NCBI GenBank assembly: GCA_002633005.1
Contig: NMRA01000777.1
Location: 99,323 to 152,442, forward strand
Direction of reading: 5' to 3'
Length of the DNA: 53,120 nucleotides
From: Phoronis australis
Taxonomy: Eukaryota; Animalia; Phoronida
Part shown: piece after piece, positions 1 through 12,187 of the stretch
Position numbering within the stretch: the first letter of the stretch is position 1
Layout of the letters: the number at the start of each line of letters is the position of its first letter
Made by a program: the position numbers and the translations under genes
The notes under the pieces: generated by a model
What the model was told of the DNA's origin: nothing
Database searches by the model: none
The model's input: only the letters and a program-made list of their open reading frames with translations

Positions 1-825
1 AGCTGTTTTCTGCACAAACGTTTGTGACACCTCTTCTTCTTTTTGATCTACTGATCTACAGAGTTCCACAGTCAATCAGCTTTTGTCAGGAAGCTTTCCT
101 AAGCTTCTTTAGGCTCTGACATCACAATTTTGTGCTGTTTGATAAACCTTGAATTATACAGACATCATATTCCATGGGAGCAGCCATATTGAAGTAACTA
201 AGCACAACAATACAATCTGGCTCTCTGATTGGTCAACAAAAACACCGTTTTTTAAAAAAATGTGCAAGTGTAGACGTGGGAACTTTTTGGAATTTGATTT
301 TTAGTTATATTATCTAGCCACATAGAAAAAACTAGGTTGCCCCCCAAAGTACTCACAAGGGTGAACGCTATGAGATTTGGCCCACCGACTAATATGCATG
401 GGAAGCTAACTGCATGGATACGCAGCATTAATGAAAATACCACAGAATCAGAGAGGGCGTTGTAGTATTCCGGGACGTGGACATAGATATAAAAACAGCG
501 CGTGCGTATGATATGTAAGTCTATGAATGTGACGTTCTAGCTAATAGGATACAGTATTCAACCAAATCGGCGATATCACAAACATTATTGCACAGGTTGA
601 ATATGAGCATTTTCTTTCGGAATTTTAAGACAACAGAAATATTATAAAACCCTGCAAGCGCATATATCAAAAATTAGGTTTTCTACATTTATTGCAGCCG
701 CTCACAGATGACTCTACTGCACTACGTATTAGACCAGCGAAGCAACGACTTATTTTCAACATAAAATCGTCCATTTCACTCTTCGAGCACAGCGGTGATG
801 TGGGTCGTAGACGCAACTTCATTAA

Positions 826-1159
826 AGGGATACTAAACCCTGTTTTGATGATTTCAGCTAATCCTCATTCTGTTACCTGCTAGTGCATCATTGGCGTCAA
901 CCTTCCAAGTTAAAGACAGGAATCAACTCAAAAACCGTACTTCTTAGGTCACAGATTGGACATTCGCACAGCTGCCGTGTAATTCGCTAAAAGCATAGAT
1001 CACGCTAGCCCTCTAGCAGACTTTGGGAGGAGTTTTCAAATTTTTATCCAATTTCTGCAGGGTTGTCGAGGGTTACAGAGTATTATTTTGCTATTGAGAA
1101 ATGGATAGGAATGTTGTTATAGTATTTGCCAATAGACCAACACCGGGTTTGGTATCCTT
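826..1159. mobile_element. TTAA-flanked MITE (Kolobok-like)
   Basis: TTAA at 822-825 and 1160-1163. Imperfect TIRs AGGGATACTAAACCC / AAGGATACCAAACCC (reverse complement of the right end). Confidence 0.6.
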
Positions 1160-1420
1160 TTAAGCTAGTGTCAACTTGCAGTAACATAGTGACGATAACC
1201 TGGCCCTACGTACATGTGCATGCACCAATACACCAGTATGGGCAGAGGGGCTTTCGGTATGATGCAACCGTATGATTCATTTCAACGATTAATGTCAATT
1301 TCAAAGCAAGCTTTATCATGACTGTGGATGATTTCTTGGCACTGATCAGTGATGAATGATCGCTAGAGGTTTTCCATGAACGATGCAATGAATGCCGACA
1401 ATTAATCATCAACCCGTTGT

Positions 1421-1545
1421 TCACTTATCATCAGGCTGTTGATCACTTATCATCACGCTGTTGATCATTTATCATCACGCTGTTGATCATTTATCATCAC
1501 GCTGTTGATCACTTATCATCACGCTGTTGATCATTTATCATCACG
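1421..1545. repeat. 22-bp minisatellite (TTATCATCACGCTGTTGATCAY), ~5.5 copies
   Basis: Units start at 1425, 1447, 1469, 1491, 1513 and 1535. Confidence 0.9.
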
Positions 1546-2130
1546 TGTCTAATCCCAAACTTCATGGCCCAGTAATTAGCAAAACAAAACTCGAGTAAAA
1601 ACTAATTCTAATTCAAAGTCAACCTTAAAGCTTTAACGCTGGGGTCATCAAGTGCAAATTAGGATTAGACAGCCATCGACGTAAGGTAAGACCCAATTGC
1701 ACGACTGAACGTTTTCTATGCGTAATGGTTTCGTAAGAACGACCATTTAATGGAGTTTGGCTAGTCACTAAGAAAGACTCTGCATTGTTGGTAAACGCAC
1801 GGGCTTATCCAAAAATTAGCTCTTCCAAATGTCGAGCTTCTAAAGAGAACGCCATATTTCATGAGATTGTCTTATTTTGCATAATTTCAATTTTCTAGAA
1901 CAGAGGCAGTTTGGGTTGGGCGGTCAGTTTGTTACACATGCTTGAAAAATGATGAGTATGATGAACGACCTTGTATATAATTGTATACGATAACGACGTA
2001 CAGTAACTGATAAATATTGTAACGAATGAGTGTGGGTGCATTGGACTCAGTCTTGAGAGAAACGTGTTCCACTAGAAATAAGCTATAGGTGTTGGCCTGC
2101 ATTTAGCAATGCGAATTATAATGCAGTACA

Positions 2131-2144
2131 GTTACCATGGCAAC
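2131..2144. promoter_or_regulatory. Consensus RFX X-box GTTACCATGGCAAC
   Basis: Exact match to GTTNCCATGGNAAC. It lies just inside the intron after exon 3 of the Cys-rich gene; function unproven. Confidence 0.35.
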
Positions 2145-2173
2145 AGGACAAGGGAACTATCACCCATACTCAC

Positions 2174-5100
2174 ACACATACGGCTCCTTCGCACGGATGA
2201 CTTTTTCCATCGCATGGATTCTTCAGACATGTAGCTACCTTACCTTTACAACTGGGGCAGCCTTTCTCCACTTTTCCCCCGTGCAAAACATAATAGGTGT
2301 TGCAACCATAGCAATTATCCGCCCTGAAAGTTCCGTTGAAATGTGATGTAACAATTCACTTTCCTAGCTGATTTGGAAAAAAGATATTTGAGGATAGAAC
2401 CAGTTACTTCTTTTAGATTAGTTTTTGGCGTAAAAGTTGCTTTCTTTCCCATAATTTGTTCTTATGTACAATGCAAACAGCAGATTCCCAACAATACTTG
2501 ATAGCGTGGTTTTGCATTTTCTTTGTTTTGCATAAGCAGGTGAGTTAGTACTAATAATAAGTCATTTTTATGAATTCCTTTTTAAATTATGTAAAAATAG
2601 TTCTAAAGCGCAGATTCAAAATGGTCAACATTTTGAGAAAAAATATCAAATAATTTGGAACAAAAAGGGGTTTTCAGTTTTCCCAAAATATTTATGTTGC
2701 CTGCTGCTATTTCCAAACCTCTCCCCCTTTGTTCTGAAAATGATTAGTTATATATTTTGTACTTCGCATTAGAGTTCATGAATTAAGAACAAACGTCTAT
2801 TGTCTACCGATTTGAGGACTTTTTAGGGATTTGGTATTTGTTCTGTGCTTAAGAATAATTTTTCTTTGAGTTAAATCATAGACTATAGTACATGGACCGC
2901 CAAGTCTGTATATTTTCAAAGGACGAAATCTGTGATCTTAAGCATAAGCCGTGACGTCGCTATTCACTAGCGACACCTGGCAGACATAGCACGCTTTACT
3001 TCCGGCAAGTACATCGTCTGCTATACTGGATATTAAATAGATGCAAGAATTTTCCTTCACAATTCACTAACCGGAAGCTGAGTTTGCTAAGTTTAGAAGG
3101 TAGCGCCTCCTCTAGGATATTTCGTTAGAAAATTTCGGAGTTGCGAATCTGTTGTCTATAATCTATGGTTTAAAAGATAGTTAGGTGTGCCTCTAAAGCA
3201 CATAAAATACTTGGTTCACAAATTCCTATTGCACTAGATTGAAATGGATATTTTTGTAAAAACAGAAAAACTAGCCGTCAGTTACATGTATGTGCGGCAT
3301 ACACAATACATTTAAGAAATTCGAACTTGTAAGTGCAATTACCATAAATTCCCACCACTAAGGCTTATATTTGAAAAAAAGATATTTTTTTTAATTTTCC
3401 TAGAAAACACAAATATAGTGACCCCTGCAAGCTGTTGTCCTTTGCAGCAGGTGACGTTTTGTTTTATTATTTAATTGAATGTGTACACTGAGTGGTTATA
3501 CTCAGTAAATGATTTATTAATTGTGATAGTAGAGATCATGGCTAATTCACAGAAAACTTAAGAAAGATATCGAGTGGAATCATACCCAAATAAATGCTAC
3601 GGCTTTCAAGTCGAATACAAGACTATAGACTAATATTTCGGATTTTTGTACTTTCCACCATTTCCAGAAAATACATTATTTCGTCATTGCAGTGAACTAA
3701 TGCGTTTAAGTCTTCATTTTTTTCTTTCACACATCTACATTGGGTGAATTTCTGGATCTACTTAAGTTTGAGAAAACGGATACCATTTTCTATTAGCCAA
3801 TGCTGTCTATTTGTGCTGTGAAAACGTAAGGCTTAGCCTTTTTCTTCCTCGTCGGACATACGGCCAAATTGGTAACATGCGCTGAGGAGCCATCAGATAT
3901 ATTGTACTTATGGTAAAGCTAATTTTTGAGGAACACAAGGATGGTGAGAGTAAATTACATCTTGTGAGTGAATTGAAATCAAACAGCACAATACTAATAT
4001 GAAATCCGAATGCGCATCCTCATGAATTGTGTGAATCGATCGAGACACCACGGACATAGTCGAGAGGATTTTGAAGAAAAATAGGCAACGTATTGTATAT
4101 AACACATTATGGGAAGAGCTCGTGGGTAATTAAGCTTACCAGACTGAATTAAATTAATGACTATATCAAAGAAATAATCACCTCAGTAACAATTGGCTTC
4201 CTTGGAACAAGGCATATGTTCCTGATTAGCTTGTGTAAAAATGGTGCTCATTTAACGACCTAAAATGATCTACTCATCTAGTTTATATAAAACAATCCCC
4301 ATTTAAAACGTTAGCAATTTCGTTAATTCGCAAATTTGAGATCGACAACCCCCAAAAAGCGATCAGTGATACTTTTGGGTGATTACGAAATGTGTTGCTT
4401 GATTCTAACATGACTTTGCCATCAATTTTTTAGCCGGTTGATATGCGTGAGAAGAATCGTTAAAATCTACGGGTTCTTCATCTACTTACACACATTTTGC
4501 GCCGGGACAAGGAGGCTTTACATTTGTACATTGAGAAACGATGGAGTTACACCAATTGCACTTCTCACATTCCTTTGCTACTGCCACAGCACCGAGTAGG
4601 CCTGAAATTGTGATGATTTAATCAAACGGGATATTCCAAAAGTCCTATCTATGTGACGAAATGGTGGAGAGGCAGTTCCGCCTGGCCAAACGCCCCTCCC
4701 CAATTCCTAATCTTGAAAGGAGAACGGAGAACACGCGATACCATACGGCGTGCTACGTTTGAAACACTAAGACGGAAATTTGAGAGAACAGTCTTAGAAA
4801 CGTTTGTCAACCTTTTAACGCACTACGTCAATTCCCGGTGTTTCCCAGGGAGCCAATAGAATACTTAGTCTGTAGATAAATCTGTAACTATCTTCTGCCT
4901 TTGTGGTGTGCACGGTCTCCTTCATTCGCAAATCCAACCACCCGTTGAGTGCTCGTCTACCAGAGAACAGACGATCCAGTATTTCCCTGCAGTGTCACAT
5001 TCACTAAACACGAGTCGCACCATCGACTGGGGTAAGATGGCACTTTACAGTTTGGTTGCAACAGGTTGCGCAAATCTAGTTACAAACTCAGTCTATACGA

Positions 5101-6151
5101 AGTTAAATCCGACGACCGAAAAACAACTTAGTGTGCGATCATGAAACATTCAAATTTTGGTATTCAGTGTTAACTGAGCCCGAATTAAGTTTGAGGTAGG
5201 TAAATATTTGGTCTCATTTAGTCTTCTAATGTCAGTTTCCCCCGCACCCTGAGATTAACCTCCAGTTCGCTTAGTTAAAGAGGCATGGAACGCGAAAACA
5301 ATTTGGATGATTAAAAGCGGTTCTTTACCACTGAAACAATTCAGCCTGCTTACCCGGCATTTTTAGAAATTGTTTGTAACGATTTTGAATTTCTAATGAT
5401 TTCAAAGCCTTTTTTGTTTCAAATTTACAAAAGATATGACCTGTCGACTGCTCGTCAATTCAGTCCTCGATTTTATCCCTCGAGGCAGAGCACGTCTCTT
5501 TATTTGGTGTGGCAAGACATAAACGTAGCACATGTCTCTGACATGGAAAATGTGGTCTTTGGTTTAAACTAAACAATGGCAACTTCACGTAGCAGCCAGT
5601 CCGATTAGGAGGTAATCTAGTATTCAAATATAATCTAAAATGCACTTAGAATTACTTTCGGAAAATTGATTGTTTCACACTGTGCTGTCGACCTCAGATT
5701 TGAAGTGCGATCACAAATGATAATCTGCCGTCAATATCCAACTCGTCACTCAGCTGTTTGTCGAATGATTCTAAGCGCATGCGTGCATTTATCATAAGTA
5801 GAAGGAAGATTAGAAACGTTGTGGAGACTACAGAGTTTTTCCTTTGCGCGTATTTCAATGAGTTTTGTCATTTTTTAAAATTTCCTCACAGGGAAAGTGA
5901 ATAATTCTATGTACACGTTGCGAGATGGCACTTTCGTCGGAAAAACATTTTTGACGAGCTTTTGCGTTCCATGCCTCTTTAATACCGATGTCGGTCTTAA
6001 TTAATTAAACAAGGGAAAAACTTCAATAAAACAGTGCCTTGGTTAACAACAGTCAACTTCTTTTGACGAAAGACAGGTTATAGGGGCTTTAATAGAAATC
6101 AATCTTACCCAGAAAGCAAAGCGCTCGATACAAATTGCATCTGCTCTTCAT
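2174..6151 (-). CDS. Secreted cysteine-rich repeat protein (signal peptide + ~50-aa Cys modules), 3 exons visible, 3' incomplete
   Basis: Exons 6151-6109 (ATG..CTG G|gtaaga), 4601-4490 (tttcag|..TGT GT|gtaagt) and 2323-2174 (ctttcag|..TGT GT|gtgagt) join in frame: MKSRCNLYRALCFLGLLGAVAVA-KECEKCNWCNSIVSQCTNVKPPCPGAKCVADNCYGCNTYYVLHGGKVEKGCPSCKGKVATCLKNPCDGKSHPCEGAVC(V). Splice sites are canonical and phases match (1, 2). The signal peptide ends in V-A-V-A. The next exon was not confidently found. Confidence 0.8.
2877..3167. mobile_element. Short MITE with CATAGAyTATAG termini
   Basis: Left end CATAGACTATAG (2877), right end CTATAATCTATG (ends 3167); no coding capacity. Confidence 0.45.
5279..5978. 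mobile_element. 700-bp non-autonomous Kolobok-like DNA transposon in intron 1 of the Cys-rich gene
   Basis: Perfect 15-bp TIR AGAGGCATGGAACGC, flanked by TTAA at 5275-5278 and 5979-5982. Confidence 0.8.
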
Positions 6152-6189
6152 GTTGACAAGCTTGAAGTTATCTTGGCGGTTACCAACTT

Positions 6190-6223
6190 CAATGCTTGCT
6201 ACGACACGTCAACTGTACTTATA
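6190..6223 (-). promoter_or_regulatory. Putative TATA box (TATAAGTA) and initiator for the Cys-rich protein gene
   Basis: Minus-strand TATAAG at 6223-6218, about 30 nt upstream of an Inr-like GCATT (~6193) and about 70 nt upstream of the ATG at 6151. Confidence 0.4.
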
Positions 6224-8030
6224 CCATCATTTCATACAGTACTGTACAGTGGGTTTCAAAAATGATGCATCATACGGTACGGTACAGTGGGTTTCAAAAA
6301 TGATGCAACTAATTTCAAAACGTAATTTCACCGAGCGACATTGATTTTGAGTTGGGGGGCAGGGCACAGGAATAACCAGAATTTCGCGACATGCGCGCAC
6401 CCAGCCTGATGTAGGTATACGGGGGTCTCGAATTTTTGGGTTTGTGGACCTCATTACTAAAAAAAAACATAAACGGTAGACGGGGTTTGTTCAAGGGGCA
6501 TACGCTAATCAGCAATTTGCATCCCGAACTGGCAAATGGTATCTGGGAGAACTTCAGGGGGGGCCATGGCCCCCTTGCCTCCCCCTTAAATCCGCCAATG
6601 TGTCCCTGATGGAAAAATATACAAGTAGAGTATAGAGTCCCTGGTGATAGACGATGCTTTTCTTATGGCAATGAAAAACCACGAATAATTTTGCTATTCA
6701 AGTCCAAAGTCTGAAAACTGCCAGGAGGTAGAAATTCAACTCACGACCATCGAGTGACAAACAGGGTCTATCCAACCACAATAACATTACACTCTTTTTC
6801 AGTCACAGCATTGATAGGCCTAGGGCTAGGGCTAGCCTTGGTACAAATCTGTATACTAAGTATACTACCCTGGCTGTGTGAATTTCGGGGTCTGTTGAAG
6901 AAAAACACACAGTGGTATCTGGTTGTATTTTGATATCGCTAGCTGGCTGGCTAGGGTACCGCTGCAGACTCGACTAAAGCACAACGATTACTATCGAATT
7001 CAGTACGCAATTTTCCCACAGGTAATGGTTTCATCCAATTCTAAGAGTAATAGTTAGACTGTTCAGCTCATACAGGGAGCAACATCGTCATCAAAATGTT
7101 TAAGAAACGAATAAATTATCTGGTTAAGGCGAACTTCTCTTCTTCGAAGCAGTCCCGGATACAGCTGACTATTTGTCTCGAGTTGCTGAAAGGTCAAACC
7201 GCACAGCATTATGGGCAACATTCGTTTGTTTTGATCATGCAGATTTTAAGAAAAGAAAAAAATAAAAGAAAAAATATGTGCAGACAGCAGATCGACCCCA
7301 TACTTACGAAAAGTTCTAATTAAGTGTCCGAGCGTATGTTTCAATGGTTTTTATGCAGATTCACGATGTTTTTAAAACGTCTAAAAACGGATCATATGAC
7401 TTTAATAGGCTACCGTATATAGCAGCGAGAGAGCTCCCAAAAGGTAGTTCCGTGTGAACGTCTTAAAATCGACCAAGAAACAAAATAGCAAAAAGTAGGT
7501 TTATCTGCTATTTTGATAGTGGCAGAGTACGGTTAAGTGCAGACATTTTCAAATATCCAGCCACTTTGGTTGTGGATTGGTGGATGACATGCATGCGTAA
7601 ACACGTGTGTGCGTTTCCATTCTTTTAAATTCAGTACACGCCGATGATAATTAAATTCACTATAGGCAGTCCTCCGTCGTTGCCCAAAAATCAGACATTT
7701 AACTACATGGGCGGCGCACCATAGGGGGTTGGAGGGTTATACTCCCCACTTTTTTCAGTGGGCTATGTCGCCCATGGTCTATGCCGGGGGGGGGGCGGTG
7801 CACCACAGGGGGAATATAGCTCTCACTTTTTTCCATGCAGTACCCCCATGAACTACCGTATTTTCTTGCACTAACAAAACCCCGACGAACATGTTCATAT
7901 TATTACGGAAAAGTAGATCTAGACCAAATAAAAACTTGGGTCAATGAAGAAAGTCTTCTCTTTCAATCAGTGCCGATGGCGCTGAGCCTCGAAGGCGTCA
8001 TACGAGCGAAAAACTTGATGGAAAAGATTT

Positions 8031-9825
8031 CCAAGGTTACATGTCACTATTCCGAATGTTCATCACTCCGAAAGTCCACTACACCCAAGTTAATGCGAAG
8101 GTTCGCTACCTTCGAAAGTTCACTCTACTTCGAATGTCCACAATTCTAAACCAAAACTCCAACAGTTCATTACTCTACCTTGTCTGCTAACGAGTCGGAA
8201 CTGACAGGACAAAAGTATGGTATTTGTGCCCATTTAGTAACTATTTAAAGGGTGTACAAAAGTTGAATAGTTCTTAAAACATTGATTACATTATTTACAA
8301 ATGAGCTCAGTTCCAATCATTGTCAATAGTGAATCTTCAATATAACTAACGACTCATTCAGTCTCAGAGACAGCATCAGGTCAGGACTTCAGCGACCAAT
8401 AGCGGCGGTTTTAAATTTAAGACGACTGATTGGGACTTTCCTACTTCGTGAAGACTGGCAGGGACAGGGTAGCCTACTAACTACATTTAGTTCAGTTTCA
8501 ACCCGGCCATGGTTCCGATGGGTGAGTTTGAGGGGCAGCAGCCCTAAACTTGCTCAGTCACGCTGTGAAATGATGCGACCTTGCATGGATTTGATGAATG
8601 TATCGTGGTTGATAATTCATCAGTATTCCTGCTTCCTATTTTTTAAAAAATCAAGTACGTACTCGTTTTCCGTATTCGAAGGACATGCGAGCAATTTCCC
8701 ATGCGCATGAAATCCGGGCGTTGTTTGAGTATAGGTACACCACCTAGTGTATCTAATAACCGAAGTGTCGTTTATTTCTGCAGGTAAAAGGGGATGTCTG
8801 ATACACCCAAGTCCGAATTTTTAGACCTTTTCGGAGTAGTGAACCTTCGGCATAGTGAACCTTCAGAGAAGTGAGCCTTTGGAATACTGGGCTGTTCCCA
8901 TTTCCAGCGATGTAAGCAAGTTAAGTAACACGCAAAATACAACCAGATCAAAATATTCAAGTCGGGGAAATTCTCTTTCTGGACCACATTACATCCGGTA
9001 CCGTTCTTTGTGAGCCACCGTCAGGGCATCCTCATTTCTGGGATTACGAATTCCGTCTGATCAGTTGGGAACATAAAGCTGAGAGTCTTCGTTGTGTATA
9101 TAGATTCCCCCCCCAGTGAAGCTGCGTCAAGGGCCTTACCGAAAACTGTGCAGCGTCGACCTTTGCAAAATATCCGCAAAGGTCCACCGTTCCAGAAATT
9201 CGAACCACCCCCTGCGCAATGCTGGCTACTGGCCTGTTTGACTTCATGATGACTGGCAGGGACAAGGTAGCCTACTAACTGCATTTAGTTTCGGCCGGGC
9301 CGTGTGCATAGTTGAGGTGCAGTGGCCCTAAACTTTTCAGTCGCGCTGAGAAATGACGGAATTTTGACATGGATTTGATGAATGTGTCGTGGTTGATAAC
9401 TCATCAATATTCTTCATAATCGTTTAAGATTCAAGTACGTATTCATTTAATTGATATTAATAATTCATAATCGTTTAAAAATGCAAGTGCGTACTCATTT
9501 TATAAATATTTTTACTTCATAATCGTTTGAAAATTCAAATACCTACTCATTTTCCCGTATTCGTAAGCCGCTATAAGTACACCATTCAGTGCATCTGATA
9601 ACCGTAGTATCGTTTGTTTTTCCATGTAACAGTATAAAAATCACACCTGTGTCCGAAATTTTTGACATTTTCATGTTGTGAACCTTCTGAGTAGCGAACC
9701 TTCCGGAAGCGTAGTGAACCTTCCTAACAGTGAACCTTTGAAGTAGTGATCCTTTGGAGTAACGAACCTTCAAAGTAATGAACCTTAACCTTCGGAGTAG
9801 TAAACCATCGGAATAGTGACCTGTT
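8031..9825. repeat. Three patches of degenerate ~17-bp satellite (AGTGAACCTTCGGA-like) at ~8031-8150 (reverse), ~8832-8890 and ~9677-9825, within a locally duplicated region
   Basis: Repeated gtagtgaaccttcgga-like units. Flanks are duplicated: 8453-8680 ~ 9252-9450 and 8975-9240 ~ 9980-10625. Confidence 0.65.
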
Positions 9826-10173
9826 CCTATTTCCAGCGCAAAAATGGAACGAGATAAAAATTTCGTTAAGTCATTCTCCGACTAAATATTACAGTCCGAG
9901 TAAGTAATGAAGTGCAATCACTCATTTAAGCGTGCCTTATTTGAAAGTTTGGCAGGAGGTAACGCGAAAACGTTCCCTTTTTGGACCACCTTTCAACCGA
10001 ATTTGAGTCCCGTCCTTTGCAAGCAACCGTCACGGCATCCTCGTTTCTGGTATTACGAATTCCGTCTCATCTCATGAACATAGAGCTGAGAGTCATCGTT
10101 GTGTATACAGATTTTCCTTCCCCTAATTAAGCTTCGTCGAGGTCCTTACCGAAAACTCTACAGTGTCAACGTT

Positions 10174-10545
10174 AGCCTCTGACACAGCGTCACCTATACT
10201 GAAAAGTCGCCCTGTGGAAAGTTTTAACGTGACGAGTGACACACGCAATTCTGTGTGTGGAAGTATACTAATCACATCGCTACCACTTGCACACGCCTTT
10301 AAACACTGGTGTACTTATTTGGGCTTAAGCCATTGGACCGGAGTTCCCTTGAATTTGTTTACTTCGTTCACTTCAGGTCAAAGGTGGTCGCCATAATACA
10401 TAACAGTAAAATGAAAGGGGTTTCCCAGATTTCAACCAATTGGAATGACTGAATGCTATGACTCCGATTTTATTACTTACCAATGAGAAGCCATGTGGAG
10501 CAACATTCGACAGTGCTACCTTTCGTAGCACTGTGAAAGAGTGTT
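10174..10545. mobile_element. 372-bp insertion with 10-bp direct flanking repeat and subterminal hairpin
   Basis: TGTCAACGTT at 10164-10173 and 10546-10555. The paralogous empty site is at ~9150-9170. Perfect 10-bp stem ACAGTGCTAC-ctttc-GTAGCACTGT at 10510-10534. Confidence 0.7.
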
Positions 10546-10837
10546 TGTCAACGTTTGCAAAATATCAAAGGTCCACCGCTCTAGAAATTCGAACCACTCC
10601 CTGCGCAATGCTAGCTACGGGCCTGCTCTTTTTGTTTAACGTTATTTGGTCAAGTGGAAAATCAGCTGTTTAATTGTATGCATATTTGCACTGACATGTG
10701 CTCACCGATACCTGAATAAGGCGCATGTGTCAATATATGAAGCATTTGATTGAAAGCAAGCAACATTATAAGGTATAGGCTACTACAGTGCTAACCCGTG
10801 ATCATGCAAGTCGAGTGTTGTATAGGTAAACTGCCGT

Positions 10838-11572
10838 ATCGTGGGTCGTTCGGAGGAAAGTGTCGTAATTACGACCGAGACTTCACTCGTGTTTTAACAC
10901 AGTAATCGTCATATCAAATAAGAAATTGGTTTGCAGGTCACATGAGCTCTGAACAAGTTTTTCGCTCGTAATTTTACGCCCGTATTTTTGAATAAAGAAT
11001 GAATGATTCGTCATTAAGATTTAAAAATTGTACTACATTACCTCCGAAAACTGTTTCGAACCTAGGTTTTGTGCAACTTCGTATGTCATCTGCACGCACT
11101 ATTAAGAGTAAAAGAATGGGATTTGGCCTAAATATTATTTAAACAAATAAAATAAAATAAAATAAAAGCATTGTCAGACAACCTGCTAGATATAAATTTT
11201 GCCACCTCAATATGTATTAAATCGGGTCAATTTCAAATGACTGGGATGGCTAAGGCAGCAAGTTGAAAATTTTAATCAGTCTTCGATATTGTCCAATCTT
11301 TTGAACTTATATACTTTGCACCTGAGAATTTGCCTTCTGAACACTTCATAACATGCGCAAAATTCGAGCTTAAAATTACGAGCGTAAAATTACGAGTGTA
11401 AACTTACAAGCGTAAAACTATGAGCGAAAAATTACGAGCGAAAAATACGAGTGTAAAATTACGAGAGTACAACTGTTTTAGAGCTCATGTGACCTACATA
11501 CCAATTTCTCATTGGATATAATGACTACGGCCGTAAAGCACGAGCGACACTTTCACCCGAATCGTCCACGAT
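10838..11572. mobile_element. Foldback-type element with long imperfect inverted ends and internal 14-bp tandem repeats
   Basis: Left ATCGTGG..GAAAGTGTCG..AGAAATTGGT..GGTCACATGAGCTCT mirrors right AGAGCTCATGTGACC..ACCAATTTCT..CGACACTTTC..CCACGAT. (AAAATTACGAGCGT)n at ~11371-11465. Confidence 0.7.
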
Positions 11573-12187
11573 ATGAAACACCTGTAAAACGTTTAAGTAA
11601 ATCATTCGTCATCATCACTTGCTTTGTGTATTAATAATGAAGCGTTCAAAGAAAGTTAATAATATAGTTTGGTCTGAATTGTTTGGTTATTTTGCTCAAT
11701 TTGGGGACGTGTTTGTGATTAAGATCGAAGACTTATTAGCCCTCCCCTCTGTGAGTCTAAGTCCAAAAGTTGAAGTTGCATTCCCCCCTACTCACTTGTC
11801 ACTTGAAATGAAATATAATATAGCTCTTAACCGAAGTTTAAGCGTTTAAAAAAGTACAATGTCTAAGTAACCCCGAATTGGCATCGAATGAGTTGGTTAG
11901 CAAAGTTCCAAACATTGCACATGAGTCAGAATGACAGAGTATTATTGGAAGGACATCCCGTCGTTCACTTTGTGTCATCTTTCTAAAATACACATTTTTT
12001 TCTGACGCGTTTTTTTTGATTGTTCGAATGATCTTCTTTGTGACAGAAAACAAGTCTTATCATAGAAAGGACAATCTTGCGACCGACTTTTATGAGAGTA
12101 AGAGGCCCGATTCGATTTCCGTGTTTAGTCTGCTAAAAAGGGCAAAATGAAGCCTTAATTTTTAACAGAAGGCATGTTCATATCAGC

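Noticed and set aside
949-986. Candidate last exon of the Cys-rich gene (ANYTAAVRMSNL-stop)
   Set aside because: It lies inside a TTAA-flanked MITE and fits only the internal 2244 donor. In phase 2 it does not continue the Cys module.
1421-1545. CRISPR-like array
   Set aside because: Contiguous tandem units with no spacers, in a eukaryotic context with no cas genes.
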